NCBI RefSeq assembly: GCF_964194155.1 | Contig: NC_135899.1 | Span: 92,814,001-92,878,000 of the forward strand | Length of the DNA: 64,000 nt | Direction: 5' to 3' | DNA from: Cetorhinus maximus | Taxonomy: Eukaryota | In this document: positions 54,189 to 64,000 of the stretch, piece by piece | Position numbering within the stretch: position 1 is the stretch's first letter | Layout: each line of letters begins with the position of its first letter | Notes under the pieces: model-generated | Database searches by the model: none | What the model saw: the letters and a program-made list of their open reading frames with translations, nothing else | What the model was told of the DNA's origin: nothing | Program-made: the position numbers and the translations under genes

Positions 54189-55297
54189 TTTGGATCACCC
54201 TAGGAATAAACAGCACCAGTTACTTTACTGCAGATAGGAATCTGGTAAGAACGTGAGAATTGCTGAAAAAAAAGGTCCCTCCAGTTCACCTGCTACCATC
54301 CTGTTAGTTGCATGATTCAAGGATAATAGAGTATTGATTCGGCACAGCGATCAATTTCTACCAATTGGTCTATAGCAGTACCAGAGATGAGGCGATATAT
54401 ACCTCAGTGGAATGTTTGAGCAACCATCAACCAAAAGTCACCTGTTCCTCCAAAGCATGCTACACTTGCTCATGTCATGTCTCAATTTACCCATATGCTC
54501 TATCCCCAAAATATCTACTTCCCAAATTGTAAATGTTGTTATTTAACTATAAATAATGGTATTAAACTTCCTAAACTAATTAAAGCCATGAGCAGAATCG
54601 GTGCAAAATGGGTGGGGATTTGACATAACTGATCTCCACCCTATTTTCTGATTGATGACACTAATCCACGTGTAAAACATGTACCCTGGTATGTCTAAAT
54701 GTTGATGAAAAAATCATGGTTGGCTGACGTAGCTGGTTATCAAAACCTCATGCCTTTCCAAATATGTTAGCATCAAAACTAAAACATCAACATGGCAACA
54801 CAAGGGATGTTCTGAAATTCCTTTTGGTACTGGGTACTGCTGCAGATTGTAGATACATGGTGGAAGCCTGAACTTTCACACATTGTGAGTTCCTAGTCAC
54901 AGCAGGAGCTGGTACTAAATAAAGGTGAGGTTCTTCACATAATGGGTGGGGCGGGGGGAGAGAACATCAGCAGAGAGAATGTGAGAGCGTTGGCTGTCTC
55001 TACTCCCTGTTAGCTGATTAACAGAGGTTATAGAATATCAATAGGTTGGTTGTTCCATCAATTCCAAATCAGAGGTTTAAAATTCTGATCCTCTCAGTTG
55101 AAAGCTTAAATTTAACAAGGCCAACAAGAACTCCACTGGAGATTAGATGCAAACTGCTTATCAGCTGGATTTAAACATCTATCACACCAAACCTCCAGAA
55201 ACCAGGTTAGATACCCACTTTTGGAATATTAACTGTGTATCCATCACTGCAAAGGAAAATAGCCACTTGTCCATCAAACCAACACAGAAAATAAAAC

Positions 55298-55530
55298 ATA
55301 TGTAGGCCAAACCAGGTGAGGATATTTCCTTCCCTAAAGGGCATTAGTGAACCAGATAACAATTAGTGATAGTTCCATGGTCACCATTACTGAGACTAGC
55401 TTTACATTCCAGGTTTATGAATTGAGTTTAAATTCCACCAGCTGCTGTGGTGGGATTTGAACCCATATCCCCAGAGCATTAACCATGGCCTCTGAATTAC
55501 TAGCCATTACTACAATGTCACCATCTCCCC
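55298..55530 (-). mobile_element. tRNA-derived SINE, same family as 49700-50027
   Basis: Shared TTAGTGAACCAGAT, GTCACCATTA.TGAGACT and GTGGTGGGATTTGAA blocks. Confidence 0.65.
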
Positions 55531-57519
55531 ACAAATAGCAGTCAGCGCCAGCAGGATCAGTAGCAGCTGCTTATATTGTGCCCAGCAAAAGGCCTAGGAT
55601 CACCAATGGACCCAGGCCACAGATGAGTGAGGGTGGGATAAAGGGCACGGGGTGGGTGCCATGAGAGACGGGGTGAAGGAGCAAGGGTGGTGATCTCAGC
55701 AGGGCGGCCCCCCCTTCCCAAAGCAGGCTCCCTCAATCTGGCAGAATACCTTTGAATGAGAGACTCCCATCTGGGAGCCTGCAAACAAACATGGCAGGGT
55801 TTTACTTTTCAGGCTCCACACATGGCGAGTCACTGCTTGCTGCTCGATGAATACCAGTAGTGGGATAAAGCCCTTAAATGGGTATTAATTAGGACTGGAT
55901 GGGAAGGCTGTCCACCAGCCTGCCTGCCCCAGACTTAATCAAGGCAGGAGCTGGAAGGTAGTGGGGTCCCCACCCTGCACCTCCTAGCCCAATTAAATCC
56001 ACCCATCGCCTCCAAACTCGCCTTAGGGAAGGTATTAAATTTTGCTCCTTCATTTCCAAGCTCAGATATAATCCAATGCACAGTTTAATTTAAACAAAAA
56101 CATTTTATTGTAACATATAATCATATTTAAAGCCTTAGGTACAGTACATTCCAAAAGGTTCACTGTGCTGTCACTATTCCAACAAGCATAACAATGTGTT
56201 GCATATTTCAGTTATATCTTACATAAGCCTAGGAGTTGAAGTCATTCAGCTTCTTAACTCAATCTCCAGGCAACTAGGCTGTCCTCATGGGCTACAGAAT
56301 AATGGAGGGAAAACACTTTGGATCCATTCCCCAGGCAAAAGAAAGAAAGACAGAGAAAATCTGAAAACTTACTCATAAATATGGTTCTAAGATACCTTCC
56401 GTTTTCCTCAAAAAAAAATGACAGGTTGGGTGTAAACTGTGCCAACTATGTCACAGAGCACATTTGACTAATGGAACTCCTAATGTGTCTGCAAAATTGC
56501 AAACTCTGCATGGTTTTTGCATTCCAAGTCTTTGTGAATCAATAGAATAACAAACCTTGACTGAAAGTAGAATTTGTATTTTCATAATCTGCTACATCAA
56601 AGACTTGCCTTTTTCCTATTGTTCACTTTTCAACAATCAGTCATCACACAAGAGCTAGGGCAACAGACCAAAGAGGAGCTTAGTGTAGCTACACTTATTG
56701 AACTTTCCACATCCCACTGTTAAAGACACTTTCATATTGAAGGAATGCCAACAGCAACAAATTTGCAGCACTGCCACCATTGGCAGCATATTCAAAATAA
56801 AAGACCTGAAGCTCTGGACATCTAAAAGAAATGCAGACCCAGGTTTTCAGAAGTCATCCACACAGATGTAAACTTTAGCAGCCAGATTCCCACCTTCAGC
56901 TGCTAAAACCACAGGTTTCAGCCTCCAACAGTTGCATGTGAATTGGCATCAGGAAATATGACGATCAAGAAAAAGTAGTGCATAGAAGTTATGGGCCACA
57001 GTGTGAATGTGCTCCATGGACCGCCTATGGCAGGTTCTACTCCTTTATACCTCAACCTTTGCTCATTTACATGAACATCAAGCAAATCCTCGTTATCAGG
57101 TATTTAAGGCACAATTATCTGGTTTCGTATAAAACTGCATTTAATCTAGTTCTCTGGTACTCTGACATACATCTTCCATTCAAAGCATCGGGCTTCTAAT
57201 CTGCTTCAGGTTCCTTATCTTCGTTGTGTGAATCGCTTTATCTATAATCCTTCTTTATTTGGTGGATATATTTGACAGAAGTCGCGTTCCAGAGGTCTAC
57301 ACAGCATTACAAAAAATGCAGTGATCGCATGCTCACAAACGTAACATGTAACAGTGACAAAAGGAATAATCTGAAATAAAAATAAATACAATGCCTAAAA
57401 GTTGCAAGTTTATCATTTCTTCCTGATAATATTTCATTGCAAAGTCACACTATGATCGGTTGAGCCATGAAATATGTGCATATTGTATAATTATAAATAA
57501 TTCAGAAATCATTGTCTTT

Positions 57520-58296
57520 TTAGCATATGGAAGTGTGATCTGAACTGCTGTTTTGATCATCATCGAATTTTGATGTGCTGATATTTGAGGAACTAAGAGC
57601 AACCGTTAATTTTTTGTCTTGTTCATTGCTCTCTGCTGCAGAATGCAAGCTTTGCGTCCATTGCATAATGCAATACTTTACAATCAAATAGCACAATTCA
57701 GCAACATTTAGCAAGATGCATACAGCTGAAGTCACTAACATGAAAACAGTAAAAATTGTTTTCTCTGTTGGCCTAGAAACGAAGCAATCCACAATATTAG
57801 GACAGGGATATTCACCGCATTTGACAAGTCTGAGCATCTTGTAGCCTTTATAAATCCAATAAAATAGGTACATAAAGACAGCTTCAAATGACATTTTGAA
57901 GAAAATGCTGACCAAGTAAGTTTGAAGAAGAGGGGCATCGATTTTTACTTTCTGCAAATCTGCATTCTGATGAAAGATTTTTATGTTCTTCTTGTGTTTT
58001 TTCCTTTGATGAACATGCATACCAATGATAAATGATGGAATGGACACAAAGAGGAGCTGGAAAACCCACAGCCTGATGTGGGAGATGGGGAAGAAATGAT
58101 CGTAGCACACATTCCTGCAACCAGGTTGCTGTGTGTTGCACACAAAGTCACTCTGTTCATCTCCCCAAACAGTCTCAGCTGCCACCACCAAGACCAGGAC
58201 ACGGAAAATGAAAACGACTGAGAGCCACACTTTCCCCAGGGATGTTGAGTACTTGTTGACCCCATTCAGCAGGGAATGAAGGAAATACCATCCCAT
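57520..58296 (-). CDS. Beta-group connexin, GJB2/GJB6-like, long-tailed copy, 258 aa
   Basis: Same connexin motifs as the other copy; Ser-rich C-tail; splice acceptor 11 nt before the ATG. Confidence 0.93.
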   Translation of the reverse strand: MGWYFLHSLLNGVNKYSTSLGKVWLSVVFIFRVLVLVVAAETVWGDEQSDFVCNTQQPGCRNVCYDHFFPISHIRLWVFQLLFVSIPSFIIGMHVHQRKKHKKNIKIFHQNADLQKVKIDAPLLQTYLVSIFFKMSFEAVFMYLFYWIYKGYKMLRLVKCGEYPCPNIVDCFVSRPTEKTIFTVFMLVTSAVCILLNVAELCYLIVKYCIMQWTQSLHSAAESNEQDKKLTVALSSSNISTSKFDDDQNSSSDHTSIC

Positions 58297-60029
58297 TCTT
58301 GATCACTCTAGGAATAAACAGCACCAGTTACTTTACTGCAGCAGGAAATCTAGAATTTATCTACAGATCGCTTTAAAAATCTGTGCATGTATGCATTTCT
58401 TGCTCAATTTCTAGTGCTGATTTTTGGCCACACTTTTATGTTAGCATTCAACAGTGAAGCTGCCTTGTCTAATATTTACAGCAGAAATCCTGTATGTAAA
58501 CAGTTTATTGTCACAACGTTGCTGCAGACTCTGGCTGGTAGGTAGCTCCGTGGGACAAGTTTGTTTGAATCACGATTACTGCATGTGGTCTGTTGACAAA
58601 TGGACTGTTCTGTTAACTATGGAGCTACGAAGACTAAGATCATGGCCAAAATTTCCCACATTGTGAACTTCCAATCTCTATGGCAACTAACTAATGCCAC
58701 TGCAGGAAAATGTGAATGTTCTTTACATAGAGGAGAGAAATGTAGCAGAGAGAAGAGAATCCTATCTTCAGCTGCATTCCCTTGCCATCTCCTGCGATAT
58801 CTGATTAACAAACTGTCTAAGGGTTGTGTGTGAACTGCTCTTCTTCCCAGTTAGAGGTTTGAAAAATCTGAGAAAATAAAGGTTATGTTCTCTGTAAGTA
58901 CCTGAAAGGTATCTGTGGTATAACAATTTAAATTATTTGTGAGCACAACCTTGTCCTAATATATTTCTGGTCTTTATTTAACATCTGCCTATCTCTCTTT
59001 AACTTTCACAGTTTGCCTTTCAGGAATCTGTGATTATTTTGGTTTATTACACATTGCAAAATATATTTTTCTTTCCAACTTTCTGTGCTCCTGAAGCTGA
59101 TGGCTTTTGCTGGGTATGGGTCTATAGGATTTGGCACCCCTCCAGTCCCATGCCCAAGTGGTCATTTCCCATGTATATGTCAGCAAGCTATTTGATTTGT
59201 GCAGTCAAATCAGCACAAGATACTGACATTTCTGTAAGATGTCATTATTATATTTAATTTAAAAGGTAAGATGAATAACTTTTGTTTAAACGATGCATGT
59301 TGCAACAAGATCATTGTGATGTTTCCTATTTTAAAAGGTGATGTAACTTGACAAAACATTTTTCAACAGTTTTTAAAAATTAATAATATTCAAGATAAAG
59401 GTGGAAACTTTAATCACATGCAGCTTCGTTCAGGACCAGGTGATGCCAGGACCCTGTGTCTGACCAGGAGACTAGGCTGGGTTGAGCTACACAGAGATGT
59501 GAATGACAACCCAACGTTGTTAACTGCACCAGAATCGACAAATTCATTATTAAAAACTATAAAAATTCACTTTAAATATCTGCGCTGTTATTCCATCTAA
59601 TTCTGCCGGAGCCTGTCAAATATAAAGGAAACAGATCATTTTTAAAATTCAGCTGTTGTGCAAGATTCTAGGGTCCAGTTTTCAGGAGAGATGGCTGTTG
59701 ATTGTCCCAGGAACTAAATCTTCTGGATAACTCCTTAATGTGGCAATAACAATTCCTTAATTATAAAACATTCCGAGTTTTCAGTGAAACAAGCTAAGCT
59801 GAGATTTTGGCAGCAGGTCCCAGGTTTAAAGATGCTCAGCCTGTTTATTACAAAATAGCTCCCATTATATTTTGCAAGAATCGCTGAAATCCACAATGTT
59901 AAAAAACGTACTCCTTGTGAAGACTTCACAGAGCCCAGTGTTATGTTCATCTCTATTATATTTAGGTAAGAACTAAACTTCATGACATAAAGATCTGAAA
60001 ATCAATATAGGCAAGTGAATAGGTGCTGG

Positions 60030-60450
60030 TCTTGGTTCAAATATAGAACATACATCTCTGAGTTAGAAGTTCGTAGGATGAAGCCCCATCCAGAGACTTG
60101 AGCACATGATGTAGGCTGCCAGTTCAGCGCAGTGCTGACGGAGTGCTGCACAGTTAGAAATGCTGTCTCTTGGATGAGTTGCTAAACGTCTTCCCCTCTC
60201 AGGTGTTCTAAAAGATTGCTTAGCACTATTTAAAGAAGAGTAGGGGAATTGTCCTGCCCTTCATTTGTCTCTCAGTCATAATCATTAAAACAGAACATTT
60301 TATCATTTATCAAATTATGGTTTGTGGGATCTTGCTGTGCACAAACTGGCTGAATGTGTATCCCTATATTATATCAGTGAGTACAAACATCCATTGTGAA
60401 GTTTGTTCTGGACATTCCAAGATTGTGAAAAACACTAAATAAAAGCAGCT
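60030..60450 (+). mobile_element. Deu-domain SINE, more diverged
   Basis: GCACTATTTAAAGAAGAG...GGGATCTTGCTGTGCACAAACTGGCTG shared with the other copies. Confidence 0.65.
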
Positions 60451-60940
60451 TCATTTGTGGGATTATTTGAAAGTGAAAAGTAATCTACTCATTTGAACAA
60501 TTTCTCAAACTAGCCCCTTCTGTTCAGACATTACATTATACAGCTACATCTGTACTTCAACAGATCCAGGTCAATGCAACAACAAATACTATGACAGATA
60601 ATAACTGCAATTTCAGATAGAATTAGATGTTTATTGGGAAACTGGACTTCCACCTTTCTTTTCTCAAAATTGTACTATTCAATAGTGGCTTTTTAAATTA
60701 AAAATAAATATGGTGCGGCGAAATATATTATTGAACACAGACTCCTTAAACAGTCCAAATAAAACATTACATACACAATGAAAAGCTCCATTGTGCAATT
60801 TTGGAAAAAAAAATGGATTATATAAACATGCTAATGCACTAATCTCCTGTTCAGACGAGGGCCACATTTGTGTTACAAATTAACATGTAGTAGGCTCATA
60901 TGTGTGTCTACCTTGAGATTGTGACTCAAACCTGGGCTTC

Positions 60941-61147
60941 CATAAGACCATAAGACATAGGAGCAGAAATTAGGCCATTCGGCCCATCGAGTCTGCTCCG
61001 CCATTCAATCATGGCTGATAAGTTTCTCAACCCCATTCTCCCCGTAACCTTTGATCCCCTTACCAATCAAGAACCTATCTATCTCGGTCTTAAATACACT
61101 CAATGACCTAGCCTCCACAGCCTTCTGTGGCAATGAATTCCATAGAT
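60941..61147 (-). mobile_element. Young CR1 3' end
   Basis: Near-identical to the reverse complement of ~51990-52203 apart from a short deletion. Confidence 0.85.
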
Positions 61148-61868
61148 ATTCCAAGGTTCCTATACTCAACATTCAGTCAAGGTCGTGATTCCATGGGCTA
61201 TTTCCACCCACCTAATTATGGCAGATCATAAAGTGGTATCTGGGCTTGCCAGCAGTGCATGGAAAACACTATAGTTTGAGAAAACCGTAAAGAGATAAAA
61301 GTAACAATAATCATAAAAGTAAAGAAAAAAAACACTGATTTAAGAAAAAGAAAAACAAATGACTAATAATAATCAGTTAAATAAAGCAAAAAATAGAATA
61401 CCCTTTAACAATGCTTTTCGTTTATTTAAAATGGTCAGCTAAACATCACTCAACTTTTACACAATTATAATGGGTGTCACTGTGTAGTAGTAAGTTTCAC
61501 ATTCTCACCACTCTCTGGGTTAAAAAGGTTTCTCCTGAATTCACTATTGGATTTATTAGTGACTGTCCTATATTTATGACCCCCCTACTGCTGGAGCTCT
61601 CCACAAGTGGAAACCTCTTTCTACGTTTACCCTATCAAAACCCTTAATCTTAAAAGACTTTAATCAGGTCACCCCTCAACCTGCTCTTCTCGCAAGAAAA
61701 GTGCCCCAGCTTGTTTAATCTTTCCTCTCCATTCTGGTGCCAGCTTGCAACTATTTTCAAAAAGATCATTAAAGGCAAACATTTGTGGGCAAATATATCT
61801 TTCTATAACCAGATGAGTTGTAGTTTTTATCCACAAAACTCACAGACCATAAAATAAATTCTGCTTAC

Positions 61869-61982
61869 CTTGTTCTAAATTTAGAATTGGAATAAACTGT
61901 AGAAAGTGCTGAGTGAAAACGCCATCTGCAATATCACAGCCTGATATCTAAACCCAAATGAGGGAGCTTTTTTCCAATGTGC
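61869..61982 (-). other. Candidate non-coding 5'UTR exon of the connexin locus, copy 1
   Basis: Minus strand: T-rich tract, tag|GCACATTG ... GAACAAG|gtaagc; stop codons in all three frames. Confidence 0.5.
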
Positions 61983-62839
61983 CTATAATCAGAAGCAGAA
62001 TCAGTTTGAAATAAAACCCAAAGAGGCAACAGCAAATGAAGAATGTAGGTGGACTGGCTATAAAGGAACATTGTTCCTCTTAATGTTCTTCTATTGTTCC
62101 TCTGAAGCTACAAAGACATCATTCTACACTAATTTCCTCTTCCCTGCATTCTCACTGTACAAACTCAGGGTTTGTTTCCAACCCTAACTAATTCTTTCAC
62201 AAGGGCTTGAAACTGTGGAAGACCTTATATTCCTCAGTTATTCCTTTCTCCTGCATACAGACTTTCAATATTCAAATTTGTGGTAACTCTTTGTTGAAAT
62301 CTCTCAACTAAATGGACATTCGGCCCAGCTGAGCTAGGTTGGAGTTTATGCTCCACACGAATCTCCTCCTAGTCCTCTTCAGGTAATCCTATCAGCATAA
62401 CGTTCTATTCCTTCTTCCTGTATTTATCCAGCTTCCCCTCAAATCATTCTATACTATTTGCCTTAACCACACCCTATGATAGTGAATTCTACGGGTGAAG
62501 AAGTTTTACCTGAATTCCAATTAGGTTTATTAGTGAATGTCTTGTATTTATGATCCCTAGATTTGGCCTCTCCGCAATTGGAAACATCCTTTCTGTGTTT
62601 CCCTGTCCAACCCCTTCTTAACTTTAAAGACCCTTAGTTTTCACTTTTCTAGAGGTAAGAACCCCAGCCTGTTCAATCTTCCCTGGCAGTTAACCTCTCA
62701 GCTCTGGTATCATCCTTCCAGGTCTTTTTTTAAAAAAATGACTGAAGGCAAAAGTTTGGGGGGAAACGTTATTTCTATATTAGATGAATTGTATTTTTAA
62801 TCCACAAGAATCACAGGGCATAAAATAAATTCAGCTTAC

Positions 62840-62955
62840 CTTGTTCTAAATTTAGAATTACAATTTCACTGCGGAAAGTACTGGGTGAAAAGATCATCTG
62901 CAATATCCCAGGCTGATGTATAGACGGAAACCAGGGAGTTCTTCATGCAATGTGC
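62840..62955 (-). other. Candidate non-coding 5'UTR exon, copy 2
   Basis: Paralogue of 61869-61982, 971 bp away, with the same acceptor and donor contexts conserved. Confidence 0.5.
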
Positions 62956-63659
62956 CTATTTCAGCTACAGAACCAGTTGAAATAAAAAAAGACAAAAGGT
63001 ATCCACGAATGAAGAATGTAGCTGGACCAGCTATGAAGAAACCATCAATCTCCTACGGCATTATGACATATTTGAAATATGGCTCAAACAAATTCTGGAA
63101 AAGCATTGTCACCTTTGGCATCACAAACTCCTCATTATGGTATATTAACACCGGCGTGTAATTATTAGTGAGCTGTTTGGAAGTAATGCAGATCCTTTTT
63201 AAATGCAGAGTAATGGGTGGCCAGGGTTGCTGATGGAAGTACATTCTTATCATTTTTGGGAGAGAGATGCAGCGTCTCCACATTGTACCAAATAATATTG
63301 ATGGAAAACTTCCTGTTAGCACTTTTAGTGCTCTTATTTTGAGATGGTTGGAAGTAGATTATAAGGAAACTGTGCAGTTGATATTCAGTCACAATAGAGT
63401 TTTTTTTTCCTTAAGATGGCGAGCTTTATTGTTAATCTCCTGACAGCCAATTGGTGGAAGAGGAGACCAGAAGACAATCTTTACACAGTTTTGGACTTTA
63501 TTCACAAGGTGGAACATCACAAATATATAGCTAATAGTTATTTGGTAGTACAGAACTTGAGTATTGCTGAAAAAGAGACATGTAGAAGCTTTTCATTTTG
63601 CACACCAGGACACTTGGTAAGAACACTAATACAAGGGGGAAAAACAATTTATACTGTAT

Positions 63660-63830
63660 GTGAAGTAAGTGCTGATTTGTTGGCATGGATTCTGATTGGT
63701 AGAGGCATTGCCATGGAGAATGCACCCGTGATGGTGGCTGACAGTTAACTGCCAAGCATTGTTTGAAATTTAAACCAGGCAGCTTGATCCTGATTGGTCA
63801 AGGCATTGCCCTGAGGAATGAGTCAGCGAA
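63660..63830 (+). repeat. Unclassified dispersed repeat, also at ~1290-1420
   Basis: Shared CTGATTGGTAGAGG..TTGCCA.GGAGAATGCACC...ACAGTTAACTGCCAAGC blocks. Confidence 0.65.
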
Positions 63831-63919
63831 TGGCTGGCACTTATTTTGTTTGGCTGAAACAGGCGCAATGTGTCTACATGTTCTTTCTGGCTGCAAAGTA
63901 CAGGGCCCCGTGTATTAAT

Positions 63920-64000
63920 GGGGAGAATTTTCTCTCTCTTGAGGACGGTTGGATGGGAACGGGCGGGCGCATAGCCGATCACCGCCCGTGATCAACTGCG
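63920..64000. mobile_element. Start of a second copy of the 8626 MITE family
   Basis: GGGGAGAATTTTCTC...GGCGGGCG...GATCAC shared with the 8626 copy; runs off the window. Confidence 0.6.

Noticed and set aside
62064-62079. AGGAACA-T-TGTTCCT palindrome resembling a steroid response element
   Set aside because: The spacer is 1 nt rather than 3, and the motif is absent from the duplicated unit.

Overview
Vertebrate genomic DNA, most likely a cartilaginous fish (shark). This is inferred from the FABP sequence and the repeat families; there are no prokaryotic features. The + strand carries the last ten coding exons of myomesin-3 (MYOM3, 2587-20318, stop at 20318) and a complete four-exon liver-basic FABP gene (fabp10, 34270-47301, 126 aa) with a TATA/HNF1/FOXA-type promoter. 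The - strand carries two tandem single-coding-exon beta-connexins (GJB2/GJB6-like; 57520-58296 and 53520-54188) and two duplicated candidate non-coding leader exons (~61.9 and ~62.9 kb). The remainder is dense, nested transposon debris: CR1, L2 and RTE LINEs, a Penelope-like element, Deu-domain and other tRNA-derived SINEs, two solo LTRs, a decayed near-full-length PIF/Harbinger transposon in fabp10 intron 1, and several Harbinger MITEs. The best leads are (i) a connexin pair with a homogenised core and a short versus long C-tail, possibly fed by shared leader exons, and (ii) ~100-bp TSD-flanked Penelope-derived units carrying minimal hammerhead ribozyme motifs. All family assignments come from reading the sequence and recalled consensus sequences; no searches were run, and repeat boundaries are approximate unless a TSD is given.
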